A stretch of 64,000 nt of DNA from positions 194,909 through 258,908 of the forward strand of contig JADGRQ010000001.1 in NCBI GenBank assembly GCA_017880775.1, read 5' to 3'. This document shows, one piece after another, positions 48,098 to 57,039 of this stretch. The notes below the pieces were generated by a model, which had not been told where the DNA came from, ran no database searches, and worked only from the letters and a program-made list of their open reading frames with translations. The stretch is from Burkholderiales bacterium (GTDB lineage Bacteria > Pseudomonadota > Gammaproteobacteria > Burkholderiales > SG8-39). Each line of letters opens with the position of its first letter. Within the stretch, counting starts at the first letter, position 1. A program made the translations under genes and the position numbers.

Positions 48098-49471
48098 TTG
48101 AAGATCGTGATTCTCGGCGCCGGGCAGGTCGGCGCCTCGGTGGCGGAAAACCTGGTCTCGGAGCAGAACGACATCACTGTCGTCGACGTGGATGCGCAAC
48201 GCCTGCGCGCGCTGCAGGACCGGCTGGATCTGCGCACCGTCGTCGGCAGCGCGGCGCATCCGTCGGTGCTGGCGGAATCCGGCGCCGCCGACGCCGACCT
48301 GCTGATCGCTGTCACGCAGAGCGACGAAACCAACCTGGTCGCGTGCAAGCTGGCGGCGCAGCTCTACAACGTGCCGCGCAGGATCGCGCGCATCCGCGCC
48401 GCAGATTTCCTCGACAACGAGCGCATCTTCGGCAAGGAGTTCTTCGAGGTCGACCTGGCGATCTGCCCCGAACAGGTGCTGACCGACTACATCGTCAGGC
48501 TGGTCGAGTTTCCCGAGGCGCTGCAGGTGCTCGAGTTCGCCCGCGGCAAGGTGTCGCTGATCGGGGTGCGCGCCTTCAGCGGGGGTCCGCTGGTCGGGCA
48601 TCCGCTCAAGGATATGCCCAAGCAGCTGCCAAATATCGATGCGCGCATCGTCGCCATTTTCCGCAAGGATACGTCGATCGTGCCCGACGGCGACACCGTG
48701 ATCGAGGTCGACGACGAGGTGTTCTGCCTGGCGGCGACGCAGAACATCCGCCAGGTGATGCGCGAGCTGCGGCGCATGGACCGGCCGGTGAAACGCGTCA
48801 TGATCGCGGGCGGCGGCAACATCGGACTGCGCCTCGCGCGCGCGCTCGAACGCGACTATTCGGTGCGCGTAGTGGAGCACAACAAGCGGCGCTGCGAGAT
48901 GCTCGCCTCGCGCCTCGACAAGGCTCTGGTGCTGAGCGGCGATGCCACCGACGAGGAGCTGCTCGAGCAGGAGAACATCGGCGAGATGGACCTGTTCTGC
49001 GCGGTCACCAACGACGACGAGAACAACATCATGTCCTCGCTGCTCGCCAAGCGCATGGGCGCGCGGCGCGTGGTTGCGCTCATCAACCGCCGCTCCTACG
49101 TCGATTTGCTGCAGAGCGGCCAGATCGACATTGCGATCTCGCCGGCGCAGGCCACCATCGGCAAGCTGCTCGCGCACGTGCGGCGCGGCGACGTGGTAGC
49201 TGTGCACAGCCTGCGGCGCGGGGCGGCCGAGGCGCTCGAGGCGATCGCGCATGGCGACGCGCGCACCTGTCGCGTGATCAGCAAGCGCATCGAGGAGATC
49301 GAACTGCCCGGTGGCGTGACCATCGGCGCGGTGGTGCGCGGCGATCAGGTGATCATGGCCCACCATGACACGACGATCCAGGCCGAGGACCACGTCATCG
49401 TGTTCGTCGCCAACAAGCGCACCATTCCGCAGGTCGAGAAACTGTTCCAGGTGGGATACGGTTTTCTATAA
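48098..49471 (+). CDS. trkA: Trk potassium uptake system NAD-binding protein TrkA
   Basis: The N-terminus KIVILGAGQVGASVAENL is followed by a second RCK repeat (VMIAGGGNIGLRLA). The gene uses a TTG start with GGAG 7 nt upstream. Confidence 0.93.
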   Translation: MKIVILGAGQVGASVAENLVSEQNDITVVDVDAQRLRALQDRLDLRTVVGSAAHPSVLAESGAADADLLIAVTQSDETNLVACKLAAQLYNVPRRIARIRAADFLDNERIFGKEFFEVDLAICPEQVLTDYIVRLVEFPEALQVLEFARGKVSLIGVRAFSGGPLVGHPLKDMPKQLPNIDARIVAIFRKDTSIVPDGDTVIEVDDEVFCLAATQNIRQVMRELRRMDRPVKRVMIAGGGNIGLRLARALERDYSVRVVEHNKRRCEMLASRLDKALVLSGDATDEELLEQENIGEMDLFCAVTNDDENNIMSSLLAKRMGARRVVALINRRSYVDLLQSGQIDIAISPAQATIGKLLAHVRRGDVVAVHSLRRGAAEALEAIAHGDARTCRVISKRIEEIELPGGVTIGAVVRGDQVIMAHHDTTIQAEDHVIVFVANKRTIPQVEKLFQVGYGFL

Positions 49472-49474
49472 GAC

Positions 49475-50929
49475 ATGCACGTCGCGCCGGTCCTGCACGT
49501 ACTCAGCCTGGCAATCATGCTGTTTGCCGGCTTCATGCTGGTGCCGCTCGCGGTCTCCATCGGCTTCGACGACGCCGCGCAGCGTGCGCACAACATGGCG
49601 CTGCTGGTCACGCTCGGCAGCGGGGCCGCGCTGTGGGTGGTTACGCGCAAGCTGACGCGTGAACTGCAGGTGCGCGACGGTTTTCTGCTGGTGGCCCTGG
49701 TCTGGACGGTGCTACCGGCGTTCGCGACGCTGCCGCTGATGCTCTATCTGCCGCAACTGAGCTTCACCGACGCGTATTTTGAGACCGTCTCGGGGTTCAC
49801 CACCAGCGGCGCGACTGTGCTCTCGGGTCTGGACCAGCTGCCGCCGTCGATCAACGTGTGGCGGCATTTCCTGGTCTGGCTGGGGGGCATGGGTATCATC
49901 GTGCTGACCGTCGCGATCCTGCCGTTGCTCGGCGTCGGCGGATCGCAGATCTACAGGGCCGAGACCCCGGGTCCGATGAAGGACTCCAAGCTCACGCCGC
50001 GCATTACCGAGACCGCCAAGGGGCTCTACATCGTCTACGGCGGAATCACGGTTGCGTGCATTCTCGGTTATCGCTGGGCAGGCATGACGTGGTTCGATGC
50101 CTTCTGCCACGCCTTTTCAACCATGGGACTGGGCGGTTTCTCGACGCATGACGCGAGCTTCGGGTATTTCAATTCGGTTGCGATCGAGGCGGTGGCGATC
50201 TTTTTCATGCTGGTGGCCGGCATCAATTTCGGTACTCATTTCCTCGCCTGGCGCCAGTTGAGCCTGCGGCCCTACCGCGTCGATCCCGAGGCCGGGCTGT
50301 TCTTGGCCGTGACCATCGGCAGCTGCCTGCTGATCGCCGGCTACCTGCTCGGCAACCGGACCTATCCGGACTACCTCACCGCGTTGCGCTACGCGGCATT
50401 CAATGTCGTTTCGATTGCCACCACCACCGGCTACGCCAATACGGATTTCAACCTGTGGCCGGTATTTGCGCCGCTATGGATGCTGTTTCTCTGCAGCTTC
50501 TGCACCTGCTCCGGCTCGACCGGCGGCGGCATCAAGATGGTGCGTGCACGGATCCTGTTCCAGCAGATCTTCCGCGAACTGCTGCGCATCATCCATCCGA
50601 AGGTGTACTCCCCGGTCAAGTTGTCCGGGCAATCGATCGAGAACAACGTGGTGTTCGCGGTGCTGGTGTTCGCGTTTGTCTACATGTGCAGCATCAGCCT
50701 GATGACGCTTGCGCTGACCGCCTCGGGGCTGGACGTGATCACCGCGTTCTCGGCCGTCGTGGCATGCATCAACAACGCCGGTCCCGGCCTCAATCAGGTT
50801 GGGCCCGCGACCACGTTCGAAATCCTGACCGACTTCCAGACCTGGGTTTGCACCTTTGCGATGCTGTTGGGTCGCCTGGAAATGCTCACGCTGCTGGTGG
50901 TCATGACGCCCGCGTTCTGGCGCAAGTGA
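49475..50929 (+). CDS. trkH: Trk potassium uptake membrane protein TrkH
   Basis: The 484-aa polytopic protein has repeated pore-loop-like TTSGATV / TMGLGGFS / TTTGYAN / GSTGGGIK segments. Confidence 0.93.
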   Translation: MHVAPVLHVLSLAIMLFAGFMLVPLAVSIGFDDAAQRAHNMALLVTLGSGAALWVVTRKLTRELQVRDGFLLVALVWTVLPAFATLPLMLYLPQLSFTDAYFETVSGFTTSGATVLSGLDQLPPSINVWRHFLVWLGGMGIIVLTVAILPLLGVGGSQIYRAETPGPMKDSKLTPRITETAKGLYIVYGGITVACILGYRWAGMTWFDAFCHAFSTMGLGGFSTHDASFGYFNSVAIEAVAIFFMLVAGINFGTHFLAWRQLSLRPYRVDPEAGLFLAVTIGSCLLIAGYLLGNRTYPDYLTALRYAAFNVVSIATTTGYANTDFNLWPVFAPLWMLFLCSFCTCSGSTGGGIKMVRARILFQQIFRELLRIIHPKVYSPVKLSGQSIENNVVFAVLVFAFVYMCSISLMTLALTASGLDVITAFSAVVACINNAGPGLNQVGPATTFEILTDFQTWVCTFAMLLGRLEMLTLLVVMTPAFWRK

Positions 50930-50930
50930 A

Positions 50931-51269
50931 ATGAAACGTGTTCCGGTGCACGTCGTCACCGGCGCGCCGGGTCCCGGGAAAAGCGCCCTGATGGCGAGGC
51001 TCACGAAAGAGCGCAGTGAATGGGCGGCGCTTTCACCGCGCGCCTGCCCTTGCTGTGTCGGCCGGGTCGAGCTGCAGGTGATGCTTGCGCGCGTGTTGCG
51101 CGAGCAGCGACCGGAACGGATTCTGGTGGAGCTCACTGACGCGGATCACCTCCGGGCGCTCGAACGCGTGCTTGCGGAATGGCCGCTCGGTCAGTACATC
51201 GCGCCGGGGCGCAATTTGGTGCTTCCTGCGGACGCGGGCGTGCGCGCCGAGGATCTCGAGGCGTTCTAG
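50931..51269 (+). CDS. small P-loop protein resembling a truncated CobW/G3E GTPase N-domain
   Basis: The 112-aa protein starts 1 nt after the trkH stop. It has Walker A GAPGPGKS, a CPCC motif (compare the CobW CxCC) and an ILVELTD Walker-B-like strand with Glu, as in the G3E family. There is no NKxD motif and no C-terminal domain. Confidence 0.55.
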   Translation: MKRVPVHVVTGAPGPGKSALMARLTKERSEWAALSPRACPCCVGRVELQVMLARVLREQRPERILVELTDADHLRALERVLAEWPLGQYIAPGRNLVLPADAGVRAEDLEAF

Positions 51270-51276
51270 GCGGAAC

Positions 51277-51378
51277 TCAGGCGCCTTTTTTCTTCTTCAC
51301 CGCCCTGCCCGGGCGCTTCTTGCCGTAGCTGCCGTTGTTGACCTTGCCGCGCCGCGTGCGCTTGTCGCCTTTGCCCAT
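51277..51378 (-). CDS. 30S ribosomal protein bTHX (Thx) homologue
   Basis: This gene is absent from the ORF track (33 aa). A hand translation gives MGKGDKRTRRGKVNNGSYGKKRPGRAVKKKKGA. This closely parallels the Thermus Thx sequence as I recall it ([26 protein letters not shown]). GGAGAA lies 5 nt upstream of the ATG, and the gene is 36 nt downstream of metH. Confidence 0.75.
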   Translation of the reverse strand: MGKGDKRTRRGKVNNGSYGKKRPGRAVKKKKGA

Positions 51379-51414
51379 TGCGCTTCTCCAGTGTTGAATC
51401 GGGGCGCCATTATG

Positions 51415-54400
51415 TCAGATGGTGGCGTCGCTTTTCGCCGCTTCAGGCTCGTATGCCAGGTAAGGCGCGAGCCACCGCTCCACCTCCGCGGGCGGCATCG
51501 CCATGCGGCGCGCGTAGTCCTCGACCTGGTCGCGGCCCAGCTTTCCGACGGCGAAGTAGCTCGAGTCGGGGTGCGAGAAGTAAAAACCGCTGACCGATGC
51601 CGCCGGCAGCATGGCGAAGGATTCGGTGATCTGCATGCCGGCATTTTCCTCGGCCCCGAGCAGGGCGAACAGCATCGCTTTCTGCACGTGGTCGGGGCAG
51701 GCGGGGTAGCCCGGCGCCGGCCGGATGCCGCGGTATTCCTCGGCAATCATCTGCGTGCCCGAGAGGCGCTCGTCGCTCGCATAGCCCCAGAACTCGCGCC
51801 GCACGCGCGCGTGCAGCGCTTCGGCGAGCGCCTCGGCGAGACGGTCGGCGAGCGATTTCAGCATGATCGAGTTGTAATCGTCGTGCGTGCGTTCGAACTC
51901 GGCCACGCGCGCATCGATGCCGATGCCGGCGGTGACCGCGAATGCGCCGATGTAATCGGCGATGCCGGATTCCTTCGGCGCGATGAAATCGGACAGGCAC
52001 AAATTGGGCCGGCCGGCCGGCTTGTGATTCTGCTGCCGCAGGTTGCGGAACACGTGCGCCGGCTTGCCGCGCGTTTCGTCGCGGTAGATTTCGATGTCGT
52101 CTCCCGCGGCATTGGCCGGGAACAGCCCGAACACGGCATTCGCGGTGAGCCAGCGATGCTTGACGATGCGCTCGAGCATCTCGAGCGCATCCGCGTGCAG
52201 CTTGCGCGCGGCGTCGCCGACCACCGGATCGTCCAGGATTTTTGGATACGGGCCGGAGAGCTCCCAGGTCTGGAAGAACGGCGTCCAGTCGATGTAATCC
52301 ACCAGTTCGGCGAGCGGATAATCGCGCAGCACGGTGAGCCCCGGGCGCGCAGGGACCGGCGGATGGTAGGCCGCCCAGTCGGTCTTCGCGCCGAGGCGGC
52401 GCGCCTCCGCAATCGGGTGCAGCGGCCCGGGCCCTTTCTTCTCGAGATGCTGCGCGCGGATCCGGTCGTAGTCGGCGCTCACCGCCGCCATGTAGGCATC
52501 GCGTCCGGCAGCCGACAGCAGACTGTTCATCACCGACACGCCGCGCGAAGCATCCGGAACGTACACCACCGGACCCGAGTAGTTGGGCGCGATCTTCACC
52601 GCCGTGTGCGCGCGCGAGGTGGTGGCGCCGCCGATCAGCAGCGGCAGTTTGAATCCCTCGCGCTCCATCTCGCGCGCCACATGGGCCATCTCCTCGAGGG
52701 ACGGGGTGATCAGCCCCGACAGGCCGATGATGTCGGCGTCTTCACGGCGCGCGGTCTCCAGAATCTGCTGGCAGGGCACCATCACCCCGAGATTGACGAC
52801 ATCATAATTGTTGCACTGGAGCACCACCGCGACGATATTCTTGCCGATGTCGTGCACGTCGCCCTTCACCGTCGCAATCACCATCTTGCCCTTCGGCTTG
52901 CCGGCCTCGCCCGAGAGCGCTTTCGCCGCTTCGATATACGGCACCAGGTGAGCGACCGCCTGTTTCATCACGCGCGCGGATTTCACCACCTGCGGCAGGA
53001 ACATGCGGCCGGAGCCGAACAGGTCGCCGACCACGTTCATGCCATCCATCAGCGGCCCTTCGATCACCTCGATCGGCTGCGCGAATTTCTTGCGCGCTTC
53101 TTCCGCGTCTTCGACGGCATGGGTGGCGATGCCGTTGACCAGCGCGTGGATCAGCCGCTCCTCGACCGTGCCCGAGCGCCACGCGAGGTCCTCGGTCTTC
53201 TCGCGGCCTGCGGATTTCACGCTGTTGGCGAACTCGACCATCCGCTCGGTGGCATCGGGCCTGCGGTTGAAAATCACATCCTCGACGTGTTCCTTCAGCC
53301 GCGGCTCGATCTCCGCGTAGACACCGAGCTGGCCGGCGTTGACGATTCCCATCGACATGCCGGCCTGCACCGCGTGATACAGGAACGCGGTGTGCATCGC
53401 TTCGCGCACCGCATCGTTGCCGCGGAACGAAAATGAAAGATTGGAGACGCCTCCGGAGACCTTGGCGTGCGGCAGATTCTGCCGGATCCATGTGACCGCG
53501 GCGAGGTAGTCGATGCCGTAATTCGCGTGCTCCTCGAGCCCGGTCGCGATGGCAAAGATGTTGGGGTCGAAGATGATGTCTTCGGGCGGGAAGCCGGCGA
53601 CCTCGGTGAGCAGCTTGTAGCAGCGGGAGCAAATCTCGGTGCGCCGCGCGAGCGTGTCGGCCTGTCCTTTCTCGTCGAAGGCCATGACGACCACCGCTGC
53701 ACCGTACTTGCGCACCAGGCGCGCCTGACGCAGAAATTCAGCTTCGCCTTCCTTCAGGCTGATCGAATTCACCACGCCCTTGCTCTGCAGGCACTTCAGT
53801 CCGGCCTCGATCACGCTCCACTTCGAGGAATCCACCATCACCGGCACGCGCGAAATGTCCGGTTCCGCCGCCATCAGCTTCAAAAACGTGGTCATGGCCT
53901 GTTGCGAGTCGAGCATCGCCTCGTCCATGTTCACGTCGATCATCTGCGCGCCGTTCTCGACCTGCTGGCGGGCGACGCTGAGGGCCCCCGCATAGTCGCC
54001 GGCGAGGATCAGGCGCGCAAACGCCTTCGATCCGGTGACATTGGCGCGCTCGCCTACGTTGACGAACAGCGATGCGTCGTCGATGTTGAGCGGCTCGAGC
54101 CCGGCCAGCCGCAGCTTCCTCGGCAGTTCCGGAATCCGGCGCGGCGCGACACCGCCGAGCGCCTCGGCGATCGCGCGGATATGCTCGGGCGTGGTGCCGC
54201 AGCAGCCGCCAGCGATATTCAGCCAGCCCGCGCGCGCCCATTCGCCCAGTTGCCGCGCCATCGATTCCGGCGTGTCGTCGTACTCGCCGAATGCGTTGGG
54301 CAATCCGGCGTTCGGGTGGCAGGACGTATAGGTCGCGGCGAACCCGGACATCTCCTCGACATAGGGGCGCAGTTCCTTCGCCCCCAGTGCGCAGTTCAAG

Positions 54401-55137
54401 CCCACCGCGAGCGGCTGCGCATGCGCGATCGAGTTGTAGAACGCCTCCCCGGTCTGCCCCGACAGCGTGCGCCCGCTCGCGTCGGTGATGGTGCCCGAGA
54501 TGAGCAACGGCAGCCGCATGCCGCGGCGCTCGAACTCGTTCTCGATCGCGAACAGCGCCGCCTTGCAGTTGAGCGTGTCGAACACCGTTTCGACCATAAC
54601 CAGATCGACGCCGCCGTCGAGCAGCCCTTTCAGCGCCTCGCCGTAGGCGGCGGCAAGCTCGTCGAAGCTGGTGTTGCGGAAACCCGGGTCATTGACATCG
54701 GGCGAGAGCGACGCCGTCTTGCTGGTCGGGCCGAGCACGCCGGCGACGAAGCGCGGCCGCCCGGGCGTCTTCGCCTCCCACTCGCGCGCAGCATCGCGCG
54801 CGAGCCTTGCGGCCTCGACATTCAACTCGTAGGCGAGCGCCTGCATGCCGTAATCGGACATTGAGATCGATGTCGAGTTGAACGTGTTGGTCTCGATGAT
54901 GTCCGCACCCGCTGCGAGGTAATCGCAGTGGATGCGCCGGATCAGCGCCGGCTGGGTGAGGGTCAGCAGATCGTTGTTGCCCCTCACCTCGCGCTGCCAT
55001 GCGGCGAAGCGCTCGCCGCGGAACTGCTCCTCCGCGAGCCGCTCGCGCTGGATCATGGTGCCCATTGCGCCGTCGAGCACCAGGATGCGCTCCTCGAGCA
55101 AGGACTCAATGCGGGCGGAATGCGACGGCTGGTTCAA
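51415..55137 (-). CDS. metH: cobalamin-dependent methionine synthase
   Basis: Motifs [21 protein letters not shown] and the B12-binding [10 protein letters not shown] are present, plus a C-terminal AdoMet activation domain. There is no in-frame ATG upstream of the conserved N-terminus. The best start is the TTG at 55137, with AGGA 7 nt upstream, giving 1240 aa. The ORF-track start at 55386 runs through a terminator and a promoter. Confidence 0.93.
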   Translation of the reverse strand: MNQPSHSARIESLLEERILVLDGAMGTMIQRERLAEEQFRGERFAAWQREVRGNNDLLTLTQPALIRRIHCDYLAAGADIIETNTFNSTSISMSDYGMQALAYELNVEAARLARDAAREWEAKTPGRPRFVAGVLGPTSKTASLSPDVNDPGFRNTSFDELAAAYGEALKGLLDGGVDLVMVETVFDTLNCKAALFAIENEFERRGMRLPLLISGTITDASGRTLSGQTGEAFYNSIAHAQPLAVGLNCALGAKELRPYVEEMSGFAATYTSCHPNAGLPNAFGEYDDTPESMARQLGEWARAGWLNIAGGCCGTTPEHIRAIAEALGGVAPRRIPELPRKLRLAGLEPLNIDDASLFVNVGERANVTGSKAFARLILAGDYAGALSVARQQVENGAQMIDVNMDEAMLDSQQAMTTFLKLMAAEPDISRVPVMVDSSKWSVIEAGLKCLQSKGVVNSISLKEGEAEFLRQARLVRKYGAAVVVMAFDEKGQADTLARRTEICSRCYKLLTEVAGFPPEDIIFDPNIFAIATGLEEHANYGIDYLAAVTWIRQNLPHAKVSGGVSNLSFSFRGNDAVREAMHTAFLYHAVQAGMSMGIVNAGQLGVYAEIEPRLKEHVEDVIFNRRPDATERMVEFANSVKSAGREKTEDLAWRSGTVEERLIHALVNGIATHAVEDAEEARKKFAQPIEVIEGPLMDGMNVVGDLFGSGRMFLPQVVKSARVMKQAVAHLVPYIEAAKALSGEAGKPKGKMVIATVKGDVHDIGKNIVAVVLQCNNYDVVNLGVMVPCQQILETARREDADIIGLSGLITPSLEEMAHVAREMEREGFKLPLLIGGATTSRAHTAVKIAPNYSGPVVYVPDASRGVSVMNSLLSAAGRDAYMAAVSADYDRIRAQHLEKKGPGPLHPIAEARRLGAKTDWAAYHPPVPARPGLTVLRDYPLAELVDYIDWTPFFQTWELSGPYPKILDDPVVGDAARKLHADALEMLERIVKHRWLTANAVFGLFPANAAGDDIEIYRDETRGKPAHVFRNLRQQNHKPAGRPNLCLSDFIAPKESGIADYIGAFAVTAGIGIDARVAEFERTHDDYNSIMLKSLADRLAEALAEALHARVRREFWGYASDERLSGTQMIAEEYRGIRPAPGYPACPDHVQKAMLFALLGAEENAGMQITESFAMLPAASVSGFYFSHPDSSYFAVGKLGRDQVEDYARRMAMPPAEVERWLAPYLAYEPEAAKSDATI

Positions 55138-55155
55138 CTTTGGATCCTGGAAAGC

Positions 55156-55190
55156 AAAAAAAACCCGTTCAGCTTGCGCTCGAAACGGGT
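55156..55190 (-). terminator. intrinsic terminator inside the metH 5' leader (attenuator)
   Basis: The minus strand reads ACCCGTT, a 14-nt loop, AACGGGT, then T8, ending about 19 nt upstream of the metH TTG start. Confidence 0.7.
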
Positions 55191-55322
55191 CTTGGGACTG
55201 CGACCGTCTCTTTAGCTGGATTTGTTTGGCCGGCCGTTTCGCGTCGACGGTCCGGGCGCCCGCAAGCTGAACTTCAAATCGGCGCTCGGCCCAAGTGTGC
55301 CGAGGCGCAATGGGCGTGTCAA
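55191..55322 (-). promoter_or_regulatory. metH promoter-like element and structured leader with an antiterminator segment
   Basis: The minus strand has TTGACA-N17-CACACT (55322..55294). A 12-nt segment GTTCAGCTTGCG (55272..55261) is perfectly complementary to the terminator loop and 3' arm (55178..55167). Additional helices pair 55292..55281 with 55260..55249, and 55252..55246 with 55208..55202. Confidence 0.5.
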
Positions 55323-55384
55323 CTTTGCGGCAAGCCGCGACGTATAATCGCCCTCCCCGAATTGCCGCCCCGAGCGCCGCCGCC

Positions 55385-55780
55385 ATGGATCACCTCGAGC
55401 CCAAGCAGGCATTCGAGTTCCTGAAAAAGGAATCGAACGCGCTGTTCATAGATTGCCGCAGCGAGATGGAATACCTGTTTGTCGGCCATCCGCATGGCGC
55501 ATTGCACGTCGCTTGGAACGATGGCCCGGACTGGGACGTCAATCCGCACTTCGTCGGCCAGGTGAAAAAGCTTGCCGGCACCAACCACACCACGCGGCCG
55601 ATCGTGCTCATCTGCAGGAGCGGCAACCGCTCGCAGGACGCAGGCGAAGTGCTCGAGCGCGTCGGTTTCACCAGGGTCTACAACGTGATGCACGGGTTCG
55701 AGGGCGAACTGAACGACCAGCACCAGCGCAACTCGCTGGCTGGCTGGCGGTTCAACGGGCTGCCGTGGGAGCAGTGCTAG
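55385..55780 (+). CDS. rhodanese-like domain protein
   Basis: The active-site loop CRSGNRS (CxxGxR) is present in a single 131-aa rhodanese fold. The ATG at 55385 lies downstream of a perfect TATAAT at 55343..55348. Confidence 0.8.
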   Translation: MDHLEPKQAFEFLKKESNALFIDCRSEMEYLFVGHPHGALHVAWNDGPDWDVNPHFVGQVKKLAGTNHTTRPIVLICRSGNRSQDAGEVLERVGFTRVYNVMHGFEGELNDQHQRNSLAGWRFNGLPWEQC

Positions 55781-55858
55781 CAGTCCGTCGCGACCACAAG
55801 CAGAAAGTTGGTCATAATTCGGGCACTCGACGAACTACCCGGATTCCCCGCATCCAAG

Positions 55859-56317
55859 ATGAGCAAAGTTGCTCGCGGCAACCAAACCTCCGGATCGCCA
55901 CTGGCGGGCATAATTCTGCGCGATGTTACGTGGGGCGATTGCGACCCGGCGGGGATCATCTACTACCCGGTCTATTTTCGCTGGATCGATGCCGGAACCT
56001 GGAACCTGTTCTTCCTCGCGGGCCTGACGCCGGAGCGCCTGCGCACGGAATTCCCCCGGATGGACATGCCGGCGGTCGCGAGCAGTCTCGATTTTCGCAA
56101 TCCGGCGCCGTTCGGGGTGACCACCGAGGTACGCAGCCGAGTCGAGCATTGGGGTGGCAAATCGTTCCGGGTGCGTCACGAGGTCATTCGAGCAGACGGT
56201 GCACAGCTTGCCACCGGCACTGAAACGCGCGCCTGGGTCGAAAACATGCCCGGGGGCCGCTTGCGCGCTCACGCGATCCCTGACACGCTGAAGCAGCGGT
56301 TCTTCATTGCGTGCTGA
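55859..56317 (+). CDS. acyl-CoA thioesterase, 4HBT/YbgC hotdog family
   Basis: The motif WGDCDPAGIIYYPVYFRW, containing the catalytic Asp region, is present and the protein has hotdog length. The start is ATG 55859 or an upstream alternative at 55808. Confidence 0.75.
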   Translation: MSKVARGNQTSGSPLAGIILRDVTWGDCDPAGIIYYPVYFRWIDAGTWNLFFLAGLTPERLRTEFPRMDMPAVASSLDFRNPAPFGVTTEVRSRVEHWGGKSFRVRHEVIRADGAQLATGTETRAWVENMPGGRLRAHAIPDTLKQRFFIAC

Positions 56318-57029
56318 GCGCGAAGCGCAGGTTCGCACCGCCGTGGCGTTGAAGCCGGGCGCGCGGGCGGCGGCACCCGCCGGCGTGAAGAGCAAGGTCG
56401 AGGACCGCGCTCTAGTCGACCGGCGCCGGCGGCAGATCATCAAGGCGGCAATCGAGCGTTTCGGCAAGCAGGGCTATCACGCGACCACCATCAGCGAGAT
56501 CGCCGGACGCGCCGGCGTCAGCGTCGGCCTCATCTACCAGTACTTCGGCGACAAGGAGGACGTGCTTTTCCTCGCCATCCTCGAAGTGCTCGATTCCTAC
56601 CTTGAGCGCATCCCGCTCGCCGTCGCCGGCAGCCGCAATCCGCTCGAGCGGTTCCGCGCCACCGTGCACGCCTATTGCCGGGTAATCGACGCCAATGTCG
56701 ACGCCACGGTGCTGGCCTACCGCGAGACGAAATCGCTGCGCAAGGCGCGCCGCAACCTAGTCAAGCAGAAAGAGCTCGAGACCAACGCATTGATTGCCGG
56801 ATGCGTCGAGGATTGCGCGCGCACCGGAATCTTCGAGGACGTGGATGTCGAGTTGCTGACCTATCAGCTGGTGATGTTTGCGCACGCCTGGGCGCTCAAG
56901 GCATGGCATTTTCGCGGCAAGATGACGGTCGACCAGTATGTCGACCGGGGACTGGCGGTCATGCTGAATCAAGTTCTCACTCCGCGCGGGCGCCGGCAGG
57001 GCGGGCGAGGGGCACGCCGGGTGGGTTGA
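56307..57029 (+). CDS. TetR/AcrR family transcriptional regulator
   Basis: The HTH reads IIKAAIERFGKQGYHATTISEIAGRAGVSVGLIYQYFGDKEDVLF. The true start is probably an internal GTG or TTG, for example 56385. Confidence 0.85.
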   Translation: MRAEREAQVRTAVALKPGARAAAPAGVKSKVEDRALVDRRRRQIIKAAIERFGKQGYHATTISEIAGRAGVSVGLIYQYFGDKEDVLFLAILEVLDSYLERIPLAVAGSRNPLERFRATVHAYCRVIDANVDATVLAYRETKSLRKARRNLVKQKELETNALIAGCVEDCARTGIFEDVDVELLTYQLVMFAHAWALKAWHFRGKMTVDQYVDRGLAVMLNQVLTPRGRRQGGRGARRVG

Positions 57030-57039
57030 GCAGCGCCAC

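Noticed and set aside
51281-51300. The T-rich run GCGCCTTTTTTCTTCTTCAC after the P-loop ORF, which looked like a terminator tail.
   Set aside because: AGGCGCCT cannot form a real hairpin because it has no loop. The T-run is the complement of the KKKK tail codons of the bTHX gene on the minus strand.
51085-53436. A 783-aa plus-strand ORF opposite metH, and similar long antisense ORFs elsewhere: 9661..11205 opposite atpA, 26691..28022 opposite mnmE, 48080..49393 opposite trkA, 57722..59617 opposite the SDR/crotonase genes, 61749..63044 opposite the Mo subunit, and others.
   Set aside because: All of them overlap genes with clear conserved motifs on the other strand. They have arginine/alanine-rich, motif-free translations and lack ribosome-binding sites at their starts. 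I treat them as GC-content artefacts.
55138-55300. Possible assignment of the metH leader to the SAH riboswitch, the cobalamin riboswitch or SAM-II.
   Set aside because: I could not find the SAH core GAGGAGCGCUGC or its partner segments. AGTCCCAAGACCCG is only a loose B12-box resemblance, the rest of the cobalamin core is absent, and a B12 OFF-switch would make little sense for B12-dependent MetH. The AAAGCU-type SAM-II pseudoknot signature is not clearly present. The class is left open rather than forced.
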